64,000 nucleotides of DNA from Acidobacteriota bacterium (GCA_965209055.1 OZ242374.1:3360001-3424000); one strand, 5' to 3'. Numbered from the stretch's first letter, positions 30,130-39,311 are shown. Notes: generated by a model from the letters alone, not told the origin. A program made the numbers and translations.

Positions 30130-30415
30130 ACTACGACTACGGCACCAATGTGCATCACAAGCTCAAGCGGAAAGAGTTGGCCTACGCCCACCTATCGACT
30201 TCGTTGGTTACTTCAAACGGGAGAACTGCCACGCCAGAAAGGAAATCTGGAGCGAAGCCTCTCCGGACGGTCGATGGCGCGCCTACTCGCTGGAAGCCCT
30301 TCTTCGACGAGATAAGACTAGCCTCAAAGTGTTCTGCCTGAAGGACCTATCCATGACCGATCTGGAGAACCTTCGCTCTGCGCAGAGCAGCTTCGAGGCG
30401 GTGAGAGAAAATTAG
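30130..30415 (+). pseudogene. C-terminal remnant of a second, different HsdM
   Basis: DYDYGTNVHHKLKRKEL (30090 frame) then DFVGYFKRENCHARKEIWSEASPDGRWRAYS...RDKTSLKVF.LKD (30104 frame) resembles an HsdM C-terminus. Confidence 0.6.
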
Positions 30416-30470
30416 GATCGCGCAATGCGCTGCTGGATGGATGGCACCCTTCCCTGACACACCGAACGTG

Positions 30471-31025
30471 TCAGGTTATCGATGTTGGTGGAACACGCTG
30501 CGGCGGCCGGAAAGCACTCCTGAGTTGCCAGGCAATTGCCATCATGCGGTATTTACGGTTTTGGGCTCCTGGTTCGATATCCAAGTTTTGGCAGATATCG
30601 GCGTGAAAGATATTCTCGGCGATGCCGGAGTCATAGACACAGAACAGCCGTTTTCCGCCTTTCCGCAATTTCCGGACATCTTTGGTGTAGGTTGCGATGA
30701 ACTGCAAATAGCCGTTGTACCGAGGGTCGATGCATTTGCTTGACTTTAGGAGCTCGGGACTCATCAGGAGCACACGGTCAACGGAGAACCCCTTGGTTGC
30801 GGGCTCGGGGCGAAAGTACACGGGCTTCACGTGCCCGTCTGGACCGATATGGTGTTCTCTGAATAGAGTGCGCACGAGCACCTCACTATCGGCCACTGGA
30901 CCAAGCGAGTACTCACTGACGGATTCGCGTTCACAAGCGCAGTCAGGAAACCTCTCGCGGTAGCGAGCGCACTTGCAGTCGTCTTGGCCATACTCGGTCT
31001 CCAACTCCAAACAGCTGCACGACAT
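30471..31025 (-). CDS. Hypothetical protein, possible ADP-ribosyltransferase-like fold
   Basis: Starts just after the upstream stop; Cys-rich N-terminus, then EVLVR...GFSVDR...NIFHADI. Confidence 0.6.
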   Translation of the reverse strand: MSCSCLELETEYGQDDCKCARYRERFPDCACERESVSEYSLGPVADSEVLVRTLFREHHIGPDGHVKPVYFRPEPATKGFSVDRVLLMSPELLKSSKCIDPRYNGYLQFIATYTKDVRKLRKGGKRLFCVYDSGIAENIFHADICQNLDIEPGAQNRKYRMMAIAWQLRSAFRPPQRVPPTSIT

Positions 31026-31038
31026 GACGATAGCGGAC

Positions 31039-31686
31039 TCAGGTGGGATCTTGTATGCGCAGGATTCGCAGCATGTCGTCCGGCCAAGGGTCGGTCGCAT
31101 CCACGCCGTCATTGCCGCACTTCTCAGCCACAGCTCCAGGCACTCCATGAACGGCGAAGTATGCATACGTGCCGTCGCCCTCGAAGGTCACCTCGGCGAA
31201 TACGTGTGCATGCCGGATATCCCAGTACACACCGACGTCCCCTTCGGCACCTTCCTCCGGGTAGGGCAATGGAATGTCGCCAGGCCTGCTGTCTAGGAAG
31301 GTCAAGGCGTCGTTTACCGCCTCTTGCGACGGTGCCTTAGCGCCGTCTCCGTCCCAGTTGTCATCCAATTGCGCATAGGAGACGAGTTCTTGGCGGAGCT
31401 TGGATTCGGCGTCAGAGGTGAATGAGGTCCAGCGGCCCGCCTCGCGGCTCTTTCGCGCACGGAGTGCTGTCGAGATCTTCGGCTGAGCATACCATGTCAG
31501 AGCTGATCGTCGTGAATCAACTTGGACATCTGGCTTGACGCAAGCTTCGCGGAACCGCCTCGCCCAAGAGTGCTCGGATTCTCCGGGCGTGGTCATGACG
31601 ATACAGGTACCTGGTATTGTTTCTACCAGAGTAGACAACTCCCCGACGGCAGGAGGCAAGGAACGCTCCACTAATCCATTGGTCAA
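31039..31686 (-). CDS. Hypothetical protein with LDDNWDGDGA motif
   Basis: TTG start after AGGAG; acidic C-terminal domain. Confidence 0.65.
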   Translation of the reverse strand: MTNGLVERSLPPAVGELSTLVETIPGTCIVMTTPGESEHSWARRFREACVKPDVQVDSRRSALTWYAQPKISTALRARKSREAGRWTSFTSDAESKLRQELVSYAQLDDNWDGDGAKAPSQEAVNDALTFLDSRPGDIPLPYPEEGAEGDVGVYWDIRHAHVFAEVTFEGDGTYAYFAVHGVPGAVAEKCGNDGVDATDPWPDDMLRILRIQDPT

Positions 31687-31696
31687 CGTAGATCTC

Positions 31697-32680
31697 CTAT
31701 CCTGCTCTTGGACCCGTCTTGATCGAGGTGATTGCAGGTTTGCTCTCGCCAACGTCGTTCTTGTGAGTCACTTGCACGTCGTATTCAGTGTTGGGCTTGA
31801 GATCAACGAAGGAGCACATGTTAAAAGGTGTCTCGAACCCGGGACTCCACGCTTGCGTTCCTGACTCCCTGATACGAACGACGGAAGTGACTGTCGGGTT
31901 CCATTTGGCCTCGAGCGTCCGTCCGAGCTTGTCGGGTAGCAGCACAGAGATCATTTTGCCGTCCCACACAAGGCGCGGATTTTCGGAGCGGCTCGACATC
32001 TGATGATCCATGGTCGTGTAATCCTGACCGAGCCTAGGCGCGATTTGCTCCGCAAGGATGCGGTCTAGGACGAGCACGGATCTCAACGGAATGTAAATGC
32101 GTATGACGGACCCGCGGCTCGTGCCCGAAAGTGAGAGGTGGCTATCGTGCAACATCCCACGCGACTGCCAATAGGCCAACATTGAGCGGAAATTACGGCG
32201 ACCCGCCGGGTGCTCGTCTCTAGCCTCCTCCGAGAACGGGCTAGTACTTATCTCCATCTCGAAGTCGTGAGCGCTCACTTGGTCGTATATATTGCACAGC
32301 GCCTCCCGTGAGGCAGTCGGAAGGGCATCGAACAATTTGGCGAGGTGCGGGGCGGCGTTGGCCGGAAGCGCATCTTTGTTCTGGGCGAGAAAGCTCAGCA
32401 GACGGAACGAGTGCACGTAGGCGAGACCGAGGTTCGTCGTCGCGGACAGGCACGCGCCGATGTGGCGGATGGCCCCGCCTCCCGGGAGTTCCGCCAACTT
32501 GCTTACCACATGGTCGGGGACAGCAAGCCTACCGTCGTCCTCCGTCTCCAGTTCCCGATATCCGTCGATCGCCTGCAGAACAGGGTCGAGGGTTACTCTG
32601 GCCGCTTCGAAAAACGAGATCACCATTTCGTAAAGGAACGGTACATGTGCATGTAGTTTGTGGGTATCAACTCCTGTCAT
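31697..32680 (-). CDS. Hypothetical protein: helical N-terminal domain plus C-terminal FN3-like domain
   Basis: C-terminal FVDLKPNTEYDVQVTHKNDVGESKP is an FN3 signature; HLAKLFDALP in the N-terminal part. Confidence 0.7.
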   Translation of the reverse strand: MTGVDTHKLHAHVPFLYEMVISFFEAARVTLDPVLQAIDGYRELETEDDGRLAVPDHVVSKLAELPGGGAIRHIGACLSATTNLGLAYVHSFRLLSFLAQNKDALPANAAPHLAKLFDALPTASREALCNIYDQVSAHDFEMEISTSPFSEEARDEHPAGRRNFRSMLAYWQSRGMLHDSHLSLSGTSRGSVIRIYIPLRSVLVLDRILAEQIAPRLGQDYTTMDHQMSSRSENPRLVWDGKMISVLLPDKLGRTLEAKWNPTVTSVVRIRESGTQAWSPGFETPFNMCSFVDLKPNTEYDVQVTHKNDVGESKPAITSIKTGPRAG

Positions 32681-32784
32681 GGCTGCCTAGCTTCGCGGTT
32701 GGTTGACGCGTGTGCTGTAGCCCTCGAACGTATGCAAAAGGGGTAGTGCGCACGGAATTGAAGGGCGCGGTGGTACCATGTAGT

Positions 32785-33120
32785 TCATTTCTTCAGAAAC
32801 GGAGTGATCTTCCCAACAGCACCGTTTGATTTCGTTCTGCACTTTAGCCTGATTGGAGGACCTTCGCCCGTTGCGTTTTTGTGCGTAACTTGGATCTCAT
32901 ATTCCGTGTTGGGTACAAGGCCGACGAAGCTGCAGCCGTTCAACGGTGTCTCGAAGCCAGGGCTCCAGATTTCTGTACCTGTCTCCCGTATCCGGACCAC
33001 GGTGGTGGTGCCGGGACGCCACTTGGCATCAATAATCCTGCCTTGAAGCGGAAGCGAGACTCTGAACTCTCCGTCAGTCCACTCAACCCTCGGTTCGGCA
33101 TCTCTGGGTTGCTTAGCCAT
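32785..33120 (-). CDS. Stand-alone FN3-like domain protein, paralogous to the C-terminus of 31697-32680
   Basis: VVRIRETGTEIWSPGFETPLNGCSFVGLVPNTEYEIQVTHKNATGEGPP; ATG at 33120 after GGAGA. Confidence 0.7.
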   Translation of the reverse strand: MAKQPRDAEPRVEWTDGEFRVSLPLQGRIIDAKWRPGTTTVVRIRETGTEIWSPGFETPLNGCSFVGLVPNTEYEIQVTHKNATGEGPPIRLKCRTKSNGAVGKITPFLKK

Positions 33121-33294
33121 ATGACTTCTCCGCAAAGGCATCTTGGAGATACCCTCCAACCTAGATGTCAACCTACCACAAACTAAGGTTTTGCGCGCAA
33201 CAGAGGGATGAGAATCGCGGAAGGCGGTGGAACGTCTGGCAGCGATGACCCGGGAGGTTGAAACGTGCATCTTCGCGTGAAGGAACAGACGTCC

Positions 33295-33520
33295 ATGATG
33301 ATCGGCAAGGCAGTCGTACTGATCTCAGGTACCCAACCGTAGGCTCTTCAGCGTTGCGGCTACGGCCCAGTACTTGGGAATGTCCATCGGTACGATTCGC
33401 AAACTGGCCGATATGAACATCATCAAAGCCAGAGCCGAATTCGACACCGCCGACCGGCGCCGTCGCGTCTTAGCCCGGGAAGACTTGAACCCCTGCGGCG
33501 ATTCTCTGGAGCCGTGTTAG
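33295..33520 (+). pseudogene. xis: Excisionase/RDF (HTH_17-like), frameshifted
   Basis: MMIGKAVVLISGTQP, one extra base, then RLFSVAATAQYLGMSIGTIRKLAD; directly upstream of int. Confidence 0.7.
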
Positions 33521-33567
33521 GATTCGCCGCAACGGCGAAGAACCCGGATCCAGAAAGGAGGAGATGC

Positions 33568-34656
33568 ATGGGCATCTACAAAGTGAAGGATCGCCGGGGG
33601 AGAAGACGCTATGTCGTCAGCAAGTACTGGCCGCACGGATCCGGTCGGCTCCGAATGTACGCCCCCAACTACCGGAGCGCACAGGCGCTTCAAACACGAA
33701 TCGAGTCCAGCATCCTGGACGGCACCTGGAAGCAGCTCAAGGAGGAGCTCGCCGGCGGGAAACGCACCATCTGGACGGTGCACAGCTTCTACGAGCGTTT
33801 CTTCGAGGAGTATTGCAAACCTCGCATGCGCTCCCGGCGTCGCTATGCGCTCTCGTTCAAGAGCCTCAACGCCATGCTGGGGAACATTCCCCTGAAGGAG
33901 TTCCGACGCAAGGACCTGTACCGCTACGTCGCCCAGAGGAAGAAGCAAGTGCAGCCGGCCACGGTGAACCGCGACATCGCCGCCCTCAGCAAGCTGTTTT
34001 CCTACGCGCTGGAGTGCGGGGAAGTGGACACGCACCCGCTGGTGAGATTCCCCAAACTCAAAGAACCCAAGAAGGTCTTCCGGCCCTTGACGGTTCCACA
34101 GTTCCGCGACCTGGTCGAGGCGATGGACAATCCGTACCTGCAAGCCATGGTTGCGGTGATCGGCGAGACGGGAATTCGGAAAGGCGAGGCGTTGTCGCTC
34201 ACCTGGAAACGGGTGGACCTGTCCCGGAGGCTGCTATGGGTGGAATTCACCAAGAACGACGAGACGAGGGAGATCCCGCTGTCGAAGTACGCTGCTGGAT
34301 ATCTGGCCGGGCTGGTTCGTTACCTGAACACGCCATACGTTTTCGTCAACACCCGGACCGGGACGAGATGGGTGAATCCGGACAAGCCATTGCGCCGCGC
34401 CGCCGAGCGAGTGGGGTTGAAGGTCGGATTTCACGATCTGAGACGATTCCGGTGCAGCCATTGGCTGATGCAGGGTGTGGACGTGAGGACGGTGCAGAAG
34501 CTGATGGGACACTCATCCATCAGCACGACCATGCGCTACGCCGGGTACGTCAGTTCGCATGCGCTTGCCAGCATTCGGGAGGCACAGGCTACCGAAGACT
34601 CCCAAACGCAACCGGCAACAAACAGGCAACGGGCAGGAAATAGGGTGAGTGACTAG
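33568..34656 (+). CDS. int: Tyrosine recombinase/integrase of the outer island
   Basis: PATVNRD, TGIRKGE, TKN, FHDLRR, MGH, TMRY; RBS AGGAGG. Confidence 0.93.
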   Translation: MGIYKVKDRRGRRRYVVSKYWPHGSGRLRMYAPNYRSAQALQTRIESSILDGTWKQLKEELAGGKRTIWTVHSFYERFFEEYCKPRMRSRRRYALSFKSLNAMLGNIPLKEFRRKDLYRYVAQRKKQVQPATVNRDIAALSKLFSYALECGEVDTHPLVRFPKLKEPKKVFRPLTVPQFRDLVEAMDNPYLQAMVAVIGETGIRKGEALSLTWKRVDLSRRLLWVEFTKNDETREIPLSKYAAGYLAGLVRYLNTPYVFVNTRTGTRWVNPDKPLRRAAERVGLKVGFHDLRRFRCSHWLMQGVDVRTVQKLMGHSSISTTMRYAGYVSSHALASIREAQATEDSQTQPATNRQRAGNRVSD

Positions 34657-34694
34657 AGTAAAGCAGTGGCGTAAACCCTTGAAAACAAAAGCGC

Positions 34695-34737
34695 ACGCCC
34701 GAATCTCAGCAGGACAGAGGACGGGACTGTTAGTCCC
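34695..34737 (+). other. Right attachment site with degenerate tRNA-5'-half-like sequence
   Basis: ACGCCCGAATCTCAGCAGGACAGAGGA resembles a tRNA acceptor 5' strand plus D-arm; the core forms a GGGA/TCCC stem with 7-nt loop CTGTTAG; no T-arm follows. Confidence 0.6.
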
Positions 34738-34863
34738 CCCGTCTTCGGTGTTGCTATGCGATCGGTCTCTGGCCGGTGACGGAGATTCCGAGTAACGTGG
34801 TCAGAACGCCGAAGAAGTCAAACCAAACGGAGATCACCCCATCGCAAGAGGAGCGCAGGAAAA

Positions 34864-36210
34864 ATGAACAAGCTCACAAGGCGTGGATTCGTAGGGGCCT
34901 CCCTGGCAGGAACAGCACTCCCGACGACTGTCTGGACCCGGAGGAGCAACCCGGTTCCGGAGGACTTCCGTCCGGTCACGCTTCGGCCGGAGATCCGGAA
35001 GGTGGTCGACGCTTGCCGGCATTTGGCTCTGGAGGAGCTGAAGCCCACCCGGAGCCAACTGGAACGGGGTTTCGAACTGCATTACAGCAGCTACGTCGCC
35101 GACGTCTGCGGCTGTCTCTATGTGGCGGATCCTCTCTTTATCTGGAAGGGCGACCGTCTGAATGGTGAGCTGGCAAGCTACCGAAACAAGCTGGAGAGGG
35201 ACGGTCTGGACCCGGAGGATGTCCAACAGCGGGTGGTCAACCGGTGGCGCGACATGAAGGCCTTTGAATCCGCCTTCGACCCCCAATGGCGGGAGGACTA
35301 CCGGAGCCTGTATCGCCTGGCGGGCATCGACCTGGCGGTGGAGGACGTGGGGCACTTCAGTGAACCCAGCTTCCGCGCCGGCCTCCAGCACACGGCACGG
35401 GCCGGGTTCGTCTACGACAAGATCAAGGCCGACGCCGTGCGCGTATCGGGAGTGGACGACCTGGATGCAGCCCGGCAGGACGAAAAGGTCGCCATCCTCC
35501 TGCACCTTCATGGCGCCAACTGGTTCGCCATGACTCCCGATCCAATTCAGACCCTGGACCTCTTCTTCGCGCTGGGAGTCCGTGCCTCCCAGTTGACCTA
35601 TCACGAACAGAACAGCCTGGCCTCTTCGGACGATTTCGATGGTGAGAGAGACAGAGGGCTCAGCAAACTTGGCAAGCGGGTAGTTCGCCGGATGAACGAG
35701 TTGGGAATCATGGTCAACCTGGCCCACTGCGGGCACCGCTCGGGGCTTGATGCCATTGAGGCCTCCAGCGAACCGGTCATCAACGCCCACACGGGCTGCC
35801 GGGCCATCTACGACCACTACAAGAACGAAGACGACGATTATCTTCGTACGCTGGCCCGGAAGGGGGGCGTCGCGGGGATGTACGCGGGATACTTGTCTTC
35901 CGATCCGGACTCCGGTTTTTCCTTCAACGCCTGGTTGCCCCACCTGGAGCACGCCGTCAAGGTGGCGGGTATCGACCACGTGGCCATCCCCTCGGATCTG
36001 ACCTTCATGCCGGACTACCCGCCCCGGCCCATGTCATGGAGCAACTGGCCCTACTACACGGTGGGACTGGTTTGCCGCGGATTCAGCGATGCCGAAATCC
36101 GGAAGCTCATCGGCGGGAACTTCCTGCGCCTCGCCAAGCAGGTGCTGGACAAACGCCCCTGGGGTCCCTTCATCGCCCGAGGCGAAGGATACAACTGGGT
36201 GGCCAGATAG
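34864..36210 (+). CDS. Tat-exported membrane dipeptidase (M19)-like amidohydrolase
   Basis: TRRGFV; GLSKLGKRVVRRMNELG.MVNLAH, AHT, GIDHVAIPSD, GGNFLR. Confidence 0.88.
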   Translation: MNKLTRRGFVGASLAGTALPTTVWTRRSNPVPEDFRPVTLRPEIRKVVDACRHLALEELKPTRSQLERGFELHYSSYVADVCGCLYVADPLFIWKGDRLNGELASYRNKLERDGLDPEDVQQRVVNRWRDMKAFESAFDPQWREDYRSLYRLAGIDLAVEDVGHFSEPSFRAGLQHTARAGFVYDKIKADAVRVSGVDDLDAARQDEKVAILLHLHGANWFAMTPDPIQTLDLFFALGVRASQLTYHEQNSLASSDDFDGERDRGLSKLGKRVVRRMNELGIMVNLAHCGHRSGLDAIEASSEPVINAHTGCRAIYDHYKNEDDDYLRTLARKGGVAGMYAGYLSSDPDSGFSFNAWLPHLEHAVKVAGIDHVAIPSDLTFMPDYPPRPMSWSNWPYYTVGLVCRGFSDAEIRKLIGGNFLRLAKQVLDKRPWGPFIARGEGYNWVAR

Positions 36211-36224
36211 CTGTGGTCTTGTAT

Positions 36225-36301
36225 GGAGGGGCGATTTCCAATCGCCCGTACGCCGTGTTTCGGGAGTTTCGAAGAATCGGCGGTTAGGAAACCGCCGCCC
36301 C
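36225..36301. repeat. Inverted pair of REP-like palindromes
   Basis: GGAG-GGGCGATT-TCC-AATCGCCC (36225-36247,+) and CGGCGGTT-TCCT-AACCGCCG type (36278-36301,-). Confidence 0.7.
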
Positions 36302-36330
36302 CACACCATCGCGGAGGGTGAACAGAAAAA

Positions 36331-37677
36331 ATGAAGCCGCTTTCAAGACGTGGATTCGTAGGGGCCTCCCTGGCGGGAGCGGCACTCCCGACCCATGTCC
36401 GGACCCAGGGAAGAAACCCGGTTCCGGAGGACTTCCGTCCCGTCACGCTCCGGCCGGAGATCCGGGAGGTGGTGGACGCCTGCCGGCATGCGGTTCTGGA
36501 AGAGCTGAAGCCCACCCGGAGTCAACTGGAACGGGGTTTCGAACTGCATTACGGCAGCTACGTCGCTGACCTCAGCGGTTGACTCTATGTGGCGGATCCT
36601 CTCTTCATCTGGAAGGGCGACCGTCTGAATCGCGAGCTGGAGGGCTACCGAAACAAGCTGGAGCGGTCGGGGCTGGACCGGGACGAGATCCAGCAACGGG
36701 TGCTCAACCGGTGGCGGGACATGAAGGCCTTCGAATCGGCCTTCGATCCCCAATGGCGAGAGGACTACCGGAACCTGTATCGCCTGGCCGGTATGGACCT
36801 GGCGGTGGAAGATGTGGGGCACTTCTACGAACCCAGCTTCCGCGCCGGCCTCCAGCACACGGCACGGGCCAGGTTCGTTTACGACAAGATCAAGGCCGAC
36901 GCCCTTCGGGTCTCGGGGGTGGAGGACTTGGATAGAGCCCGGCGGGCCGAAAAAGTCGCCGTCCTCCTGCAACTCCATGGCGCCAACTGGTTTGCCATGA
37001 CTCCCGATCCGCTTCAGACCCTGGACCTCTTCTATGCCCTGGGGGTCCGCGTCTCCCAGTTGACGTCTCACGAGAAAAATAGCTTGGCGTCATCTGACGA
37101 ATTCGAAGGTGAAAGAGATAAGGGACTCAGTCGGCTCGGCAAGCGGGTGGTTCGCCGGATGAACCAGTTGGGAATGATCATCAACCTGGCCCACTGTGGC
37201 CACCGCTCGGGGCTCGACGCCGTCGAGGCCTCCAGCGAACCGCTCTTGAATGCCCACACGGCCTGCCGGGCGGTCGACGACTACTACAAGAACGAAGACG
37301 ACGACTATCTTCGCACCTTGGCTCGGCGGGGGGGCATCGCGGGCATCATGGCCGCAGACTACTCTCCCGATCCGGATTCCAATTTTTCCTTCAATGCCTG
37401 GTTCCCCCACCTGGAACACGCCATCAAGGTGGCCGGCATTGACCACGTGGGTATCCCCTCGAACCTGACCTTGACGCCGAGCGACCCACCCTGGCCCATG
37501 TCGTGGAGCAACTGGCCCTACCTCACGGTGGGTCTGGTTTGCCGCGGACTCAGCGATGCCGAGATCCGGAAGATCATCGGCGGGAACTTCCTGCGCCTCG
37601 CCAAACAGGTGCTGGACAAGCGCCCCTGGGGTCCCTTCATCGCCCGAGGCGAGGGCTACAACTGGGTGGCTGGATAG
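36331..37677 (+). CDS. Tandem M19-like paralog with in-frame TGA at 36580-36582 (selenocysteine candidate or nonsense pseudogene)
   Basis: Same length (1347 nt) and collinear with 34864-36210; TGA aligns to TGT (Cys). Confidence 0.75.
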
Positions 37678-37695
37678 TCGCAGCCCAGGTCCGGC

Positions 37696-39258
37696 TCAAT
37701 CGGCGAAACGAAACGAAAAGAGCCTGCTCCGTTCCATGTGGAACTTCAGCACGATGGAGCGCCCCATCAAGCCGCTGACGTCGGATCCCTGGTTCCATTT
37801 CATGGTATGCCGCAGGCTGTCGCTCTTGACCGGCACCGCGTCTTTCCGGGCGAATCCTTCGATCGGTGTTCCCCCGGGCTCCAGGATCTCGACCGCCACC
37901 GACCCCTGGCTGGCATCGGCATTGACGACGAGCCGCTCTCCGGACATCCGGATCGGCTTGGTGGTCAGACTTCCGCTTCCGGCGTCGATCGACACGAAAC
38001 CGTCCAGGCGGAGTTTTGCCAGGCCCACCTTGCCCCCCTGGACCTCCTCCCGGCGGGTCGCCCAGTGGAGGCCGCTGAAGCCGATGTAGTAGATCCAGAT
38101 CTCATCTTCCACCACGAGCGGGTGCTGCATCACGAAGAGCATGCTGCGGTCGAAGGCATCGGGCCGGGTCCCCAGAGGCAGGAAGACGTTGCGGTCGCCG
38201 GCACGGTTCCAGGTCCGCCCATCCCGGCTGAAAGCCAACTGGATGTCGACCGTGTCGAGCCAATCGGGTCCGGATTGGATCTGTTGTGAGGTTGCGGTCT
38301 CCAGTCCGGGCAGCGTGTGGTAGACCGCGATGAAGCCGAAGTACACGTCACCGTACGGCATCCACTCCATGTTGTAGAACTGCTGGTTCCAAGGCGGATC
38401 TTCCCGGTCGGCGCTCATGATCACGCCCCGGGGCTCCCATTTGAGGAAGTCGTCGCTCTCGCTCTGGCGAACCTCGCGCCGCAGGAAGCTTCCCTCCACA
38501 CCGGGCCACAGGTCCTCGCGGAGGTCCCGGCGGACCTTCCAGTCCGGTGGAAGGTAGACGGGATTGACCCGGGTGTGGGCGACGTAGGTGCCCAATCGAG
38601 GATCCCACATCACCGAATTGGGACTGTCGGCCATGGGAATCACCGGTTTGTCGGTGGCCCGCTTCCAGTGAATCCCGTCCGCGGAGAAGGCGATTCCGAT
38701 GCCGTTGCCCGAGGTTCCCAATCCCGGAGAATCGTGCAGGTGGTAGATCATCTTGTAGCGGCGTTCCGGGTTGGTTTCGATCGCATCCTTGAAGACGCCT
38801 CCCGCCACCTCGCCCTTTCCGGCGGTGAAGACCAGGTTGTTGTCCTTGGATCCCTGGTGTTCCATCAGCCCCAGGTTGGGCAGTTCCCAGTGGATGCCAT
38901 CCTTCGAGGTGGCGTAGGCGAGGAAGACCTTGCTCCAGTCGTAGACGGCCGCGTCGTACCACATCTTGAAGATCTGCTCTTCGGCGTCGTAGATGACGTT
39001 CCCCATGACGACCACCAGATCCTGGCCTCCGACCTTCTGCTCCGGCTCAAGTGCGAGAACCGGGTTTCCCTCGTACTTCACCGGTTGATTCAGCAGGCGG
39101 TAAGCTCTTTCCAAGGAGCCGATGACGGAGTCATCGACGAACAGTTGCTTGGTGGTTCCGACATCAACCGCCCCGTCCGAATGCCTGGTCCAACCCAAGC
39201 CTGAGAAGAGCGCGGTCAGGACCGCCGTTAGTAGTAGTCTCTTGATCATGATTCCCAT
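37696..39258 (-). CDS. Exported five-bladed beta-propeller glycosidase-like protein
   Basis: KQLFVDD, YATSKDGIHW, FSADGIHW, FSRDGRTW, LRLDGFVS. Confidence 0.75.
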   Translation of the reverse strand: MGIMIKRLLLTAVLTALFSGLGWTRHSDGAVDVGTTKQLFVDDSVIGSLERAYRLLNQPVKYEGNPVLALEPEQKVGGQDLVVVMGNVIYDAEEQIFKMWYDAAVYDWSKVFLAYATSKDGIHWELPNLGLMEHQGSKDNNLVFTAGKGEVAGGVFKDAIETNPERRYKMIYHLHDSPGLGTSGNGIGIAFSADGIHWKRATDKPVIPMADSPNSVMWDPRLGTYVAHTRVNPVYLPPDWKVRRDLREDLWPGVEGSFLRREVRQSESDDFLKWEPRGVIMSADREDPPWNQQFYNMEWMPYGDVYFGFIAVYHTLPGLETATSQQIQSGPDWLDTVDIQLAFSRDGRTWNRAGDRNVFLPLGTRPDAFDRSMLFVMQHPLVVEDEIWIYYIGFSGLHWATRREEVQGGKVGLAKLRLDGFVSIDAGSGSLTTKPIRMSGERLVVNADASQGSVAVEILEPGGTPIEGFARKDAVPVKSDSLRHTMKWNQGSDVSGLMGRSIVLKFHMERSRLFSFRFAD

Positions 39259-39311
39259 ATTCCTTTCGTGAACCAGGAGGAGACATCCTTGTCACATATA
39301 CTCCTCGGAAT

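Larger units (their letters stand above)
14133..34737. mobile_element. Integrative element / genomic island (~20.6 kb) with tyrosine integrase at its right end
   Basis: Direct repeat GGGACTGTTAGTCCC at 14133-14147 and 34723-34737; second shared repeat GGCAACAAACAGGCA at 14256-14270 and 34614-34628; int and xis next to the right repeat; MGE and defence cargo. Confidence 0.85.

Noticed and set aside
34695-34770. Complete tRNA-Asn(GTT) gene
   Set aside because: No GTTCRA T-loop, no complementary acceptor 3' strand and no CCA; only a degenerate 5' half
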